This document shows positions 25,733-38,328 of a DNA stretch of 64,000 nt, piece after piece; the first letter of the stretch is position 1; every line of letters begins with the position of its first letter. The position numbers and the translations under genes are program-made. The DNA is taken from positions 112,778,001 to 112,842,000 of the forward strand of contig JANJGN010000011.1 in the NCBI GenBank assembly GCA_026770705.1. The letters run 5' to 3'. The notes beneath the pieces were generated by a model, which was not told where the DNA came from, did not search any database, and was given only the letters and a program-made list of their open reading frames with translations. Origin of the DNA: Isurus oxyrinchus. Taxonomy: Eukaryota.

Positions 25733-26830
25733 TGTTACGATCCCAGCTGATGTCAATACTGGACAAGTCAGATCCCAGAGTGAAACCTGGCTTCATAGGT
25801 CTGAACTTTTTTTTTGAAACCGTGGAGGAAATTTACTGAAAAAATTCACAGGAGTCTGATAATGAACTTTTAACACAAATAATAAATTATTTATTAAACA
25901 AGAAAAATGAAGTATACTACATGACACAAAAGTATGGGAAAGATCTCAATACAAACACAACAAAAATGATTCAAATCACACTATTCCTTTACCCCAGCAA
26001 TATCTTTATTGACATGCAAATTCAGACAGATAACCAATTTACAATAACTATCGTATACTCTAACATTCAGGGTAAGTATGTCTGAAATAAATGACCAATG
26101 CGACCAACACAGATTCCACGGATTCCTCAACAACCCACCCAGATGTTTGTCACATTGTGAGACCGCCAGTCTTATGGAAACTCTATCTTTCTTATAAGGG
26201 TTTCCAATTTCCACATTTGAAGAGCTTGCTTTGGAGTTATCTCCAAATATTGCTCCCACTCAGATGGCTTCAATAGGGATTCACTTCCAGGGTTTCAATC
26301 TCACCTTCCGAGGTTCCTTTTTCTGGATCGCCGGGTACATGCAAGCTTCACCTCCCAAGCACAATTTCAGATCTTCGGCTTTACCAAGCATACCTCAGAA
26401 GGCAGCATATCACTACCTCAAAAGGACACATTTGCCCCTACGGCCCGCAGCACAGAGTCACTAACCTTTGGCTGCCCTTTTGGATCTTTTGGTCTTCTCT
26501 TGCACACACTTTGCTTCAAATCTGCTCCCCGCAGCTCTCTCTTTAACTCTGAGCCTATTTCTCTGCTCCTTTCTCTCAACTTTACCTAACAGGATCTGTT
26601 TCTAATATCTGTCCTTGTCCCTTACTTAAGACTGTCTTCTGTGACCTTCTCCCTGTCTCCCTCCCCATGTCGTGCTCCTTGGAACATACTCTCCAATAGC
26701 GTGCCAGTTCAAGTCACCTGACCTGCAGTATTACATCATTTTGCTTGGCTTCTTTTCCTAATGCACAGGCTCCCAGACTGAAGAGTGAAAAAATGCTAAC
26801 TGAGCATGAATGGCCATTACCTGCCAGCAC
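25733..26830. mobile_element. Probable LTR-derived insertion, right end not resolved
   Basis: Begins TGTTACGATCC exactly where the Harbinger accessory-gene remnant stops; non-coding; no TSD found. Confidence 0.4.
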
Positions 26831-26849
26831 ATGCTTAAGAGGTCCAAAG

Positions 26850-27490
26850 AACAGTATATATCTTGCCCATTGAGAACAGCAGAAGGATCATGCTGTTTGA
26901 TACGATCTGCCAGTCTTTGGGATGTACGGCCTACATGCCTAGCATTACACTGGCACTGAAATTCATATACCACGCTACACATTTGTGTAATAGGCAGAAC
27001 ATCTTTTTAGCTTGATGGCAACATCCTGTTAGTGGCGAATACCACTTGTGTTGCTACTGCATAGTAGCAGCGTGCAACAGCTTGCAGTACCCAATTAGCC
27101 CATGCTTGCAAACCTCAAAACACATTGTCCAACATTAGGTGTGATTCTGCAATTGGACAACATTTGCTAAGTAACTCTCAATGTGCTAAAAATTACACTG
27201 ATAACCAATTTAAGATTGTCAGTTGGGATCACAGTGTGGCGCATTTACATGTACTGGAAGCTACATTAATACATGGGGCCCTGTTCTTTGCAGAAGATCA
27301 TGTACATACATTACATCTAAACAAAGTAAGTGACACCCATTTGTTGGTTCATTCCCCAGGGCAATCAATGTCTTGACCAATCAGAGTCAAGCTGCCTGGT
27401 TTAAATTTCAAACAATGCTTAGCATCAGTCACCATCAACTGGTGCATTCTCCATGGCAACACCTCTACCAATCAGCACTCTTCTCACACA
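26850..27490. mobile_element. Penelope-like GIY-YIG fragment of a second family, internally inverted
   Basis: Minus strand: VVYEFQCQCNARHVGRTSQRLADRIKQH (26758-26982). Plus strand: DSAIGQHLL..FKIV..LHVLEATLI (27125-27376). Confidence 0.8.
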
Positions 27491-27499
27491 GTATTTTTT

Positions 27500-27738
27500 T
27501 AAGAGTCAACCACATTGCTGTGGATCTGGAGTCACATATAGGTCAGACTAGGTAAGGATGTTAATGAACCAGATGGGTTTTTATGACAATTGACAATGGT
27601 TTCATGGTCATGTTTAGACTTTTAATTCAAAGTGAATTCAAATTCCACCATCTGCCATGGTAGGATTCAAACCCAGATTCCTGTGTTACCCTGGGTCTAC
27701 TGGATTACCTATCCAGTGACAATACCACTGTGCCACCC
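27500..27738 (-). mobile_element. tRNA-headed SINE-like repeat
   Basis: Minus-strand 5' end GGTGGCACAGTGG (A-box-like) and GGGTTTGAATCC (B-box-like). Confidence 0.65.
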
Positions 27739-30289
27739 CATATTGGAACTATATGGAACGGGTTAGATATTTGTATATAAAGTTTATCCATTGAGGTAAG
27801 GTTACCTGATAAGGATCTCAACAGGAGAAAATAGAATTAGTATTTTTGAATGCTTTTATATCGACACTCCTTACCATAATCCATGAAATTTACAGATCAT
27901 TCTCCACGGATTGTTACTGTGATGAAAACATACATTTGTACCAGAATTAAGGAAGGTTAGAGTATAAATGACTGCTGGTGATGTTATTGTACAAATATTA
28001 AATGCACTTGTATCAATTTCTCCCCTCTGCTATTTGAACTGAGTCTTTAACCATTTCTCTTGAATAGCTTAGCAGTTCTACTAAAATAGCAGAGCAGAGT
28101 TTGGTTCCCGCCTATTAAGTGTTCACATGATAATATTCTTGACAGTAATTTCTACCTTATTGTTCCCTTCTTTGAATACATGTAATCATTTTGTCCTTTT
28201 CATTTTCTATCAAAATGGCAGTATTCACAATTTACTTTGGTAATCCATTTGTCATCCCTGCATGTTGTGAAAATAGCAATATTTTGCCAGTTAGATTTGA
28301 AACTGACAAATTAATTTGTGCAGCTTTAATCTAAATTTGAACCTGAAATGAGAAAGCATGCTTGTTTGATACTATGGGAATTCATTTCCTCTGTATACTA
28401 CTTTTAGCACATTTGCGTTACGTTTCTGTGAGCACTGTTCTTGGCCCATTTTGGAGTAATGACTACTTAAAATTAGTACATTCAGGAAGTTAATGCAGAA
28501 GATAAATAAACTGCTAAAATAGAATACAGCTCCAGTTTCAATGCTATAAAGGAATAACAGGAAGTCGATGTTGGTGTTGTATGAACTGTCTAAATTAATG
28601 TGAGATTACGTTAAAAGAAATCAACATTAGAGGAGCTAGTTATGAAAAGGAACTTGCACTTTTCCCTTTCTACTATCTCATAATATATCTGAGGTGACAC
28701 ACTTATAAGTAACTGATACAGGTGATCAGCCTTTTCTCTGGTGAGTAGTAATTTCATAGAAAATACAAGAAAGCCTCAGAACACAAAAAAGCCTGGAATT
28801 AAAACTCCTAGGGGAATAAATGTATTTAAGCGTGATTTTGGGCGCAGAAATCACAATGCATGGTCACCCAACACTTGAGGAATCTTCCCCTCCCTCTTGA
28901 AGGATAATGTGGCATATAACAGGGAGGAACAGAAGTCAGGGGACCATCAAGCCTGCGTCAGCTGAGTCCTATGGGGGAAAGGGTGTTCAACATCACAAAG
29001 TCATCTGTGACTCAGGCCAGTGCATCCAAAATCACCAAAAACATTGAGGATTATAGTATGTTACTACCTTATGCTCCTTCTCTAATCCAACATCACCGTT
29101 ATCCTGCCACCTTGCAAGAGCTGCAAGCTGCACATGCTGTGACCATAGACCTCTTGCTTTCCACCCCAACCCCATTCCCTCACCCCTTCTGCACTCATGC
29201 TTTCAGATGCTCAAGAACAGCTGCCTGGTCTGTAACAGCAGCTTCATGAAGGAGGGTGACAGTTAGACCTGATCTCTGATGAAGAAGCACCATCACTTGA
29301 TCTGACACTCACAGCCACCAGCTCAGATAATGGCACTGAGCATGGTCTAGAGCCAGGATCAGTACATGGTGAACCACAGGGTATGAATGGGTTATATCCG
29401 GGGCAGAAATGTGCCAGCTCACCAGAGGCTTAGGTCACAGACAAGTTCTGTTGCATAAGATTCAGATAAGAGTTTTGATGGGACGGCGCACAGGTAGACA
29501 CTGACAGTCATGCACACCGAGGTCCTTGATGCATTAGCATGTTTACCAGACAGCCTATTATCAATAGCTCCAACATGATGGAGGGCTTCATGCCGAGCTT
29601 GGAAGCTATCTTTTCCAACGTGGAAAGGGTGGTTAAATCCATGATAACATTTGCAAACCCTGCCTGCGATGCAACATCTGGTGGCTGATGTTCCATTACA
29701 GCACAGGAGGAAGACACCAAAAATCTCAGTGCTGCAGTGGAAGCTCAGAGTGAGGTCATGAGACCCGTGCTTCAGCTTTAGTTGTGTTAGCATCACAGAC
29801 TAATATTTGCATTCTGCCAACATAAATATATCTGGTAGCCGTGATAATGAAAACTTTATTCAAGCTTAGACTTCTACAATAATGGCTGCAGATACCAGTG
29901 TTCAAAGTGGCATGCAGGTTCTCACAACAGTGCAACAATCCACCCTCCAACCTATTACTAAGATTGTTGAGCACCACCCTGCACAACTATAGTGGTGCAA
30001 GGAGCCTGGGGTTCCTCGTGGGTGCGGCCATCTTGTCTCATTGCTTTGCACTGTTGTTTTGGTGGCTGCATTAACATTCAACGTTTTCACTTCAACACTA
30101 TTTTAACTGGGATCCTTTGTATGTGCCAGTCTGAAAGTGAACACAGCAGAATGTGGGGCAGGATCAGAACAATTTCATGCCCCTCTTCAAAGTAACTTGG
30201 TGAGTTTATTTGGCACTTATACTCAGATATTGACCTCTATTTAGTCCACAATATTCTAGCGCTGTAATAGTGGGAACTATGGCAGTCAG

Positions 30290-30638
30290 GCACTGGGCAC
30301 CAAAACAGTGGTACTTAGGAAAGATCGAGGCAGTCAATTAATTTGAGCATTGGCATCAGCACCTAATTTAAACTTTGGTGCTTGATCTCAACTTTGCTCC
30401 CTTCCTTGCTGACAGTTTCACATGGGAAAAGAGAACCAAGGATAATCCTGTCCATGGATTCAGTGACACAGAAGGCAAACAGATATCTCCAGGACTCAAT
30501 GCCCAACAAAAAAAGAACTCATTGGACCTGATGCTAGGGCAGACTGTGAATTACTTCCCCGTTATATCATGCAATTCCATAGTTAAAGCATCAACTACAT
30601 TCACTTCGATATGGCAGACCATCCGCCTACATTGTGCC
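30290..30638 (+). mobile_element. Gypsy-like LTR element gag N-terminal remnant
   Basis: ORF 30375-30683 [58 protein letters not shown]; continues at ~33576 after two insertions. Confidence 0.6.
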
Positions 30639-32432
30639 AAAAAGGGGAAAGCTGTCTCACAGACTAATCAAGCAACAGCCTGACATAGTCAAACTCACAG
30701 AATCATACCTTACAGATAATGCCCCAGACACCACTATCACCATCCCTGGCTATGTCCTGTCCCACTGGCAGGGCAGCCTAGCAGAGGTGGCAGCACGGTG
30801 GTATGCAATGGGGAGGGCATTGCCCTGAGAGTCCTCAATATCGACTCCAGACCCCATGAAGTCTCATGGCTTTAGGTCAAACATGGGTAAGGAAACTTCC
30901 TGCTGATTATCATGTACCGCATCCTGTGCCCCTCCCCCATCCAGCTGAAGAATCAGTGCTCCTCCATGTTGAACGCCACTTGGAGGAAGCACTGAGGGTG
31001 GCAAGGGTGCAGAATGTACTCTGGGTGGGAGACTTCAATGTCTATCACCAGGAGTGGATTGGTAGTACCACCACTGACCGAGCTGGCCGAGTTCTAAACG
31101 ACATAGCTGCTAGGCTAGGTCTGCAGCAGGTGGAGAGGGAACCAACTTGAGGGAAAAACATACTTGACCTCATCCTCACCAGCCTGCCTGTTGCGGATGC
31201 ATCTGTCTACAACAGTATCAGTAGGAGTGACCACCACACGGTCCTTGTGGAGACAAAATCCGGTTTTCACATTGAGGATACCCTCCATCATGTTGTGTGA
31301 CACTACCACTGTGTTAAATGTGATAAATTTCGAACAGATCTAGCATCCATTAGGTGATATGGGCCTTCAGCAACAGCAGAATTGTACTCAACCACGATCT
31401 GAAACCTCATGGCCCTGCATATCCCCCATTCTACCATTACCACAAAGCCCGGGGTGGGGGTGGGGACAAACCTGGTTCAATGAAGGACATGCCAGGAGCA
31501 GCATCAGGCATAACTAAAAATGTGGTGTCAACCTGGTGAAGCTACAACAAAGGACTACCTGAGTGCCAAACAGCATAAGCAGCAGGTGATAGACAGAGCT
31601 AAGCGATTCCACATCTAACGAATCAGATCGAAGCTCTACAGTCCTGCCACATTCAGTCATAAATGGTGGTGGACAATTAAACAACTCACTGGAGAAGGAG
31701 GCTCTACAAATATCCCCATCCTTAATGATGGAGGAGCCCAGCACATCAGTGCAAAGGATATGGCTGAATCATTTGCAACAATCTTTAGGCAGAAGTGCCA
31801 AGTGGAATATTCATCTCGGCCTCCTCCAGAGATCCTCAGTATCACAGTTGCCAGTCTTCAGCCAATTCAATTCACTCCATGTGATATCAAGAAATGGCTG
31901 AAGGCACTGGATACTGCAAAAGGCTATGGGCCCTGACAATATTTGGGCAATAGCATTGAAGAATTGGGCTCCAGAACTAGCTGCATCCCTAGCCAAGTTG
32001 TTCCAGTACAGCTACAACACTGCATCTACCCGGCAATGTGGAAATTGCACAGGTATGTCCTGTACAAAAAAACGAAAGGTAAATGCAACCTGGCCAATTA
32101 CTGCCCCATCACTCCACTCTCCATTATCAGTAAAGTAACATAAGAGGTCATCAACAGTGCTATCCAGCAGTATCTGCTTAGCAATAACCTGCTCACTGAC
32201 TCAGTTTGGGGTTCTACCAGGTCAATGAGCTTCTGATTTCATTTTAGCCTTGATTCAAATGTGGACTGAAGAGCTGAACTCCAGAGATGAGGTGAGAGTG
32301 ACTGCCCTTGACATCAAGGCAGCATTTGGCCAAGTGTGGCATCAAGGAGCCCTAGCAAAACTGGACTCAATGGGAATCAGGAAGAAAACTCTTCGCTGGT
32401 TGGAGTCATACCTAGCACAAAGGAAGATGGTT
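30639..32432 (+). mobile_element. CR1-type LINE, second family (endonuclease and partial RT)
   Basis: [66 protein letters not shown]. Confidence 0.9.
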
Positions 32433-33570
32433 GGGAAGGGTTCTGAAAATTCCCACATCTTTCATATCATCAACAAGGATATGACTTTTGGACTTTTATG
32501 GCAGAGGACCCAACTGCTGAGTTAAGTGTAGAACCCTGCAGACAGGAGGCTAGGACGAGAGGAGTCAGAATACACATTCTTCCCCTTAAAACAATCAATC
32601 CAGAGAAAGATGTAACTAAGGCCCATCAAAATCTTGCATAAATAATCGCTACCAACTACTAAGGCAGGAAGACAATAATCAATACAATTATGTGAACCCA
32701 TCAATACTCCACATATACAATGGCTTTCAGTTCAAGACTAGTTACGAGGTTAGGAAGACAATGATGAACATCATGCAAGCCCATCAAAAACAACGAGACA
32801 ACAATCACCTGAAGAAGCCCAAATCAGACAAAGAACTAACCTTGATTTGGTTTCAGATAAGAAATTTGAAAAAAACAGTATAACTGGGCCAGGGGTGATG
32901 AGGGGGAAGTGGACACAGGAAGGTGAGGAGAGTTTAAGCAGGGAGCTGAGCCAAGCGGAGGAGGGAGATCTGGAGGTTTGCAGGCCCACAGACAACATCA
33001 TATTGAGGGGCACAGGATGGCAGGCTCAACCAAAGACAAGGCCGCAACCGCAGCCCTCCACGAAGATCAACCACCCACAACCGCGCCCTCCACTCAACTG
33101 AAGAACCTTTAGATTCCACATACCAGGATCACATGGGGATGGCAGGCCCCAGAGGACACAAAGAGTGTACCCCAAAACTGCAACCAGCTTACCTGGCTGG
33201 ATTTCGAACTGTCAAGGAAACCTGGTTGGTGAGCATGATCCCTGACCTCTCCTAGTTCAATTTAGTTAGGTTTTGGGGTTGGAACAAGGGTAAAGGGATT
33301 AGTAGCATGATTTTCCTCGTTATGCCATGTATTCCCCATTCTTAATTAAGTGTACTCTGTAAGTCTGTATAACCTCAATGTAATCCTAATTTTATAAGTT
33401 CATTTGTGACTTCAATAAACCCAGTTTTTTTTTCTTGCACCAAAACCAGTTGTCTGCTGCACTTTGTCACAACCCCCAAATAAGTCCAAGGTCTAGAATC
33501 CAGGGAGTGGGAGTGACTCGGACTGCTCAGAAGTCAGAGGTGAAGCTGACACACACCACCACCCCCTACA
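32433..33570. mobile_element. Probable LTR-like insertion
   Basis: Non-coding block between the truncated CR1 and the resumed gag; AATAAA at ~33414; ends in CTACA. Confidence 0.4.
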
Positions 33571-33575
33571 GTTGT

Positions 33576-34620
33576 AATTGTTGGAGGTCAATCATCTCAG
33601 TTTCAGGACATCACTGCAGTATTTCATCCTCCAGAACACTGTGGTTCTACATTGGCTACAACTCATTCGTCCTAGCCTACCATGTCTAGTGAAGCAGAGG
33701 TATGGCATCGAACTCAGGTTACATACCCTGGCATCTGTTAAGCCCAAGCTTAGATTTGCTGTTAGTTGAGATTCACACATCTGCTGATGCCAACATTCTC
33801 CAAGCTGCCGCTTCCTCCTTCCAAGAGTGCTGGACTGCTTCACGTTTGCTTAACAAGACCAGACTCCGTAACTCCTCTCCTTCACACACACAACAGCTGT
33901 GTTGCCCATATGTAAGCAAGCAGGCCAACCAGATAAGCATTTTCTCAGCAAATGTAATTTTCTGCCAGATCAAGACTGCCAGTAGGTGGCACTTGTAAGA
34001 TAGGTGCTATTTTGAACAATGATGATAATGATAGCATCATGGATGCTCGTTTAGACAAAGGGGATGAGGAACCCACCGACATCTCATTGGAATCAGTTCA
34101 CTCCATGTACAGATCTGTCAGTAACACTACTTAGACACATTCTTCAGCACCACACTACTTGGGTGGCCATAGACAGTGGGGCCACTGGCAACATAATCCT
34201 TGCTTCCACACTTATGATTCTCAGTCTCCCAGTCAAGAGTTCATCCCAATCTGCTCACCAGGCTCATCAGCTTTATAGGTAGTTGGTCAAACAAACTTCT
34301 CTCTGTCCGGAGACCATCACAACTCTGCCTTTGAAGACCTGATCATAGTGAACATTGATGCTGAGGTACTTGCAGGCACTCCATTCATGGAAACCAATAA
34401 GGTGTCAATTCGGCAAGCCAGTGCTAGTAGGTAACTCCCAGTACTAGTAGGTGACAGCCAGTACTAGTAGGTGACACCCAGTGCTAGTAGGTGACTCCAC
34501 CACCTATGTTTATAGATTTCATCCTTCCTCTAGCCCATGCAGAGTGAGGCAAGCCCACGTACTTTGCGCTCCCTCCAGGTCAAAAGCAATCTGGCTAGAG
34601 GATTTCATCGAGATTTCATC
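33576..34620 (+). mobile_element. Gypsy-like gag-protease remnant (continuation of 30290-30638)
   Basis: LQNTVVLHWLQLIRPSLPCLVKQRYGIELRLHTLASVKP; aspartic protease motif VAIDSGATGNII in ORF 34064-34282. Confidence 0.65.
34418..34498. repeat. Minisatellite, 4 x 20 bp (CCAGTRCTAGTAGGTRACWS)
   Basis: gtgctagtaggtaactccca gtactagtaggtgacagcca gtactagtaggtgacaccca gtgctagtaggtgactcca. Confidence 0.9.
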
Positions 34621-37012
34621 TACTGGATAGTCCCCTAGCTGTCATATGGACTGATCCTGCACCTGGATTTTCCACCCTATTCGGTGACAAGGCTGCTTCA
34701 GCAACATCGCATTACCGTTGAGTTTGGGAGATGGCCACCACCTCCCCCAAATGGTCATTTAAATAACGTTAATGAGGGAGCACTCATACAACTGAAAACC
34801 TGGTAAACTTGGAGTTATCAGAGAGGGCATTAACTGGTCCTGCATGTTCTAAAATGGCAGATCATGCACCAAATCAGTATGAGAGACTGTGACATCACAA
34901 TGTGCCCATTCTGGATGATACCAGAGCACAAACCGCATGCCCTACATTTGTACCTTGCCAGTCAGCACATGTTGCAACAAGCAGTACCACATGCAACCAG
35001 AAACATCTGATAATCATTATTTCACTTTGGGACTCCTGTAACACTCCTAGCACTTCAGAGCCTACATTTCTGACCTTAATCTTTTTAGGGTTGTTCACAA
35101 GATGTGGATGAAACAGCCAAGGCCAAATTCATTGACAGTCATCTGCTGTCCAGATGAGATCATCACAGACCAGGTGACCAGGCCAAGTCAAGACTGCATG
35201 TTTTATTTTCTGAAAGGCATTAGTGAACCAAATGCTTTTTAACAACACTCTGAAAGCTTGCATGACTATTATTTTTTCCTATTGTTCACTCAGATTTATT
35301 GAATTCAGTTTCATAAATTACCATGTAGGATTCAAACTCATGCACTGAGAATTTGCTAAGGGTGTGTCTCCTTTGGAAAAAACATTGGCTTAGATGGTAA
35401 CCGAGTTAGGTAAACTTGATAGTGTTTTAAAAATGGTGGGTGGGATCCAATTTAGAATCCCTGCCCCTATTCCCATTTCTGGCAATGTTTGCCAGCACAA
35501 GATAAGAGTGTAGGTAGCCCAACCTGCACACAGTGCTCCCCTCGTTACTGACCCTATTGGTCGTCCAACCAACACCCTCTGCCCCACCTTGTGGAGTCAG
35601 TCCCCTTTTGAAAGAATACATGATTCATGGCATTTCAGAGGAGTTGTGAACCCCAGAGGAATTCTAATCCTAAGTCAGAAACTAAAAAAGAATTCGCCTG
35701 GTCCTGAAATTTTTTTAAAGACAGGGTTTTAAATACACATAAAAAAATTGTTCTTCCAGTTTCAATAGTTAGGTGCTGTATTTGTAAGTTAGATGTGTTT
35801 TTACTGCAGTGATTCATTATAGTGCTCTGCCTGTTTATCAGTATTATGTAAGTGTTGAGATGCACTAGAATACTTTTCCCATGAGAAAAGTGCTATTATG
35901 CATTCAAAACTGAAGGAAACACAGCTTGGGAATTCAAAGTGTCATGATTTGAAATTATTTAAATCTCCAGCCCTTTAAAATTGGAAAAAACAAATAGTTT
36001 TCAGCTTTCCACTTAGTGAAAAAAAAATAGACAACTGCTGCTGGAGTGCATTGATCGACAGGCCATCTGGTGTTTCTTAGAAAAAAAGCCATTTTTTTGT
36101 GGCTTCAACAGACTTCTTTGTCTGTAAGTTGTAATGGCTTGTTATGACAACTGAGCCCATTATGAATGCTGAGTTTCAAAAGGTCTTAAACACTAATTTC
36201 AGCAGGGAACGGTTCAAAATTTGATTGGCAGTAAGATGTTATTAGAGGATTATTTATCTTTGATGTGGATTCTTAGTGGATATTTTTTTTTACAACAGAT
36301 TGATCACTTGAGTGGATTTACATCTTTCTGAATGATTTTTTTAAATGAGAGATTTCTTCTTCGGCATGTAACTGTTTGAATGACAGCTCGATTAGAATGT
36401 TACAAGTTAACTTTTTTAAATACATGGCTCCTGATGCCTGCCCATGGTAAATACTGGGTGAATGGCAATGCAAGATACATGGAGGAAGTGCAAGTTGCAT
36501 GGTTGTATGAGGGGCATGGAAGGGAAATGGGGAGTATAAGGGGGCATGGTTAACATGAGGGGGCGTGGAAGTTGGGAGTATGAGCGGGAATGGAGGGGGA
36601 ATAGGGATAGGAGGATACATGAGGGCATGCAGGGGATATGGTGGGTATGAGTGAACATGGAATTATGAGAAGGAATAGGGTTATGAGGGCTCTGAGGGTT
36701 AAGAAGGGATTGTGAGTGGGCATGGGTGCAATGAGGGGTGGCTGGTGGCATTAACAGTGAAAGTTTGAGGGTCTAACATTCATCAGTATATTGGGCCAAT
36801 GTCCCAGTAAAAAGAGGGAGGGCATTCTAGCCTGCCTGCCTCGCTATCCATATGGTCTCATTGCTGCCTTGGGCCTATCTCCAGAGACAGCGGGCTCAAG
36901 TCCAGCCTGCCCCACCTCACTGGTGTGAAAATATGGCAGATAAGATCGTTTTTAAAGGGTAGTGGTCTGCTAAGTTTGGAACTTTTCCAACTCTCCCTTC
37001 CTGCAGCTGTAT

Positions 37013-38328
37013 TATTATAATGATCTAATACCTTGGGCTTATATACTGTACAAGACAAAAGGGACCAATCGCTCATCAGGGATTGGGTAAACAGGTTGTG
37101 GCTTAATTTATTAAGACTAAGCACATGAGTACAGATATACATAGGCATAATGCTTGAAGGTATCAGAGCTGTGTGTGTGTTCTGCTCAAAGCAAAAGTGA
37201 AACTAAGACTGGACCACATGGTACATTTCCTTTCTAGTAATTTCAAAATCACTGGAACTCCCTCCCTAACAGCACTGTGGGTGTACCTACACCTCATGGA
37301 CTGCAGCAGTTCAAGAAGGCAGCTCACCACCACCTGCTTAACAGCAAGTGGGATGGGCAAAAAATGCTGGCCTATCCAGCAATACCCACATCCTTTAAAT
37401 AAATTTTTTAAAAGTACCAGCTGCATCCCAATTCAAACTGGTGAATCTTGTGGATGTCCTGACAATTCCCCTCTGATCTTCCTTCTCTGTAGTATCTGGG
37501 ATGACTGTAACTGTGGTCACTTTCATGCACTTTACTGAAGCTTCGCCTACGAAGACAAGTTGTGGCAGGAATGCACCATGGAGTAATGGTGCTGCATTTT
37601 ATTCAGTTTATTATTCAGCAAACCCCAAAGCCACCTGTTATAGCCTCAACCTTCTCTAGCCTGATTTTTAGGAATTTTTTTTTGGCTTGACTCTCCCTTG
37701 TTCACTATTGATTTGGCCCATACCCTGGTCACTCGCCCTTACTGACTGAGCTAACCTGGTGCTGGTCCTCTCGACATGCTGTTCCACTTATGGAGCTGAC
37801 AGCCTTTGCACTGCAAACTCACCATGAGGGATCCATCTGTTTACCAGCTCTTTACCTGAGCACTAGCTTGACGCTGTGTCTCCGAAGCGTTTCTTCCCAG
37901 TCATCGCACTATGTTTTAAACACTCTCCGAGGCTGCGGCTTTGTTGCAGTCTGACCAAAATGGTGGGGGTCTTCTCATGCCATGTAGCACGCTCTAAGGC
38001 TGTTCACCATGTCATACCTGTACTTAATCTTGCTGCCACCTGTCTTACCACCGCTGATCACCATGTCATGTTATTATAATGATATAACACCTTGTGCTTA
38101 TTTACTGTATAAGGCACAAGGTACCAATCGCTCATGAGGGATTGAGTAAAGACATTGTGGGCTCCTTTATTAAGACTAGGCCCATGACAACAGTTATTTA
38201 TAGGTATAAAGCTTGAAGGCACCAGAGCTGCGTGTGTCTATGTGTGTGCTCTGCTCAAAGCAGAAGTGACACTAAGGCTGGATCAAATGACACATTTCCT
38301 TTCTAGTGATGTCATGTTGCTTTCCCTT
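37013..38328 (-). mobile_element. Internally deleted LTR element with two diverged LTRs (~37013-37245; ~38072-38328 plus 42229-42245)
   Basis: Direct repeat TATTATAATGAT..ACCAATCGCTCAT..GCTTGAAGG..ACATTTCCTTTCTAGT. The second copy is split by the Gypsy insertion. ACCGCTGATCACCA near 38050-38063 may be a PBS remnant. Confidence 0.7.
37251..37412 (+). mobile_element. CR1-type LINE 3' tail
   Basis: WNSLP motif (TGGAACTCCCTCCCT) followed by FKKAAHHHL and a short 3' UTR. Confidence 0.7.

Noticed and set aside
27660-27738. tRNA gene
   Set aside because: Only A- and B-box-like motifs at the head of a SINE-like repeat; no convincing cloverleaf.
28800-29800. Possible further Harbinger accessory-gene remnant
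   Set aside because: Too degenerate to translate into diagnostic motifs or to define boundaries, so not reported as a feature.
34418-34498. Regularly spaced repeats as a CRISPR array
   Set aside because: Head-to-tail 20-mers with no unique spacers, no cas genes and a eukaryotic context.
36318-36751. Pro/His-rich ORFs
   Set aside because: By-product of a low-complexity purine-rich (ATGGGG/ATGAGG-like) tract, probably transposon interior.
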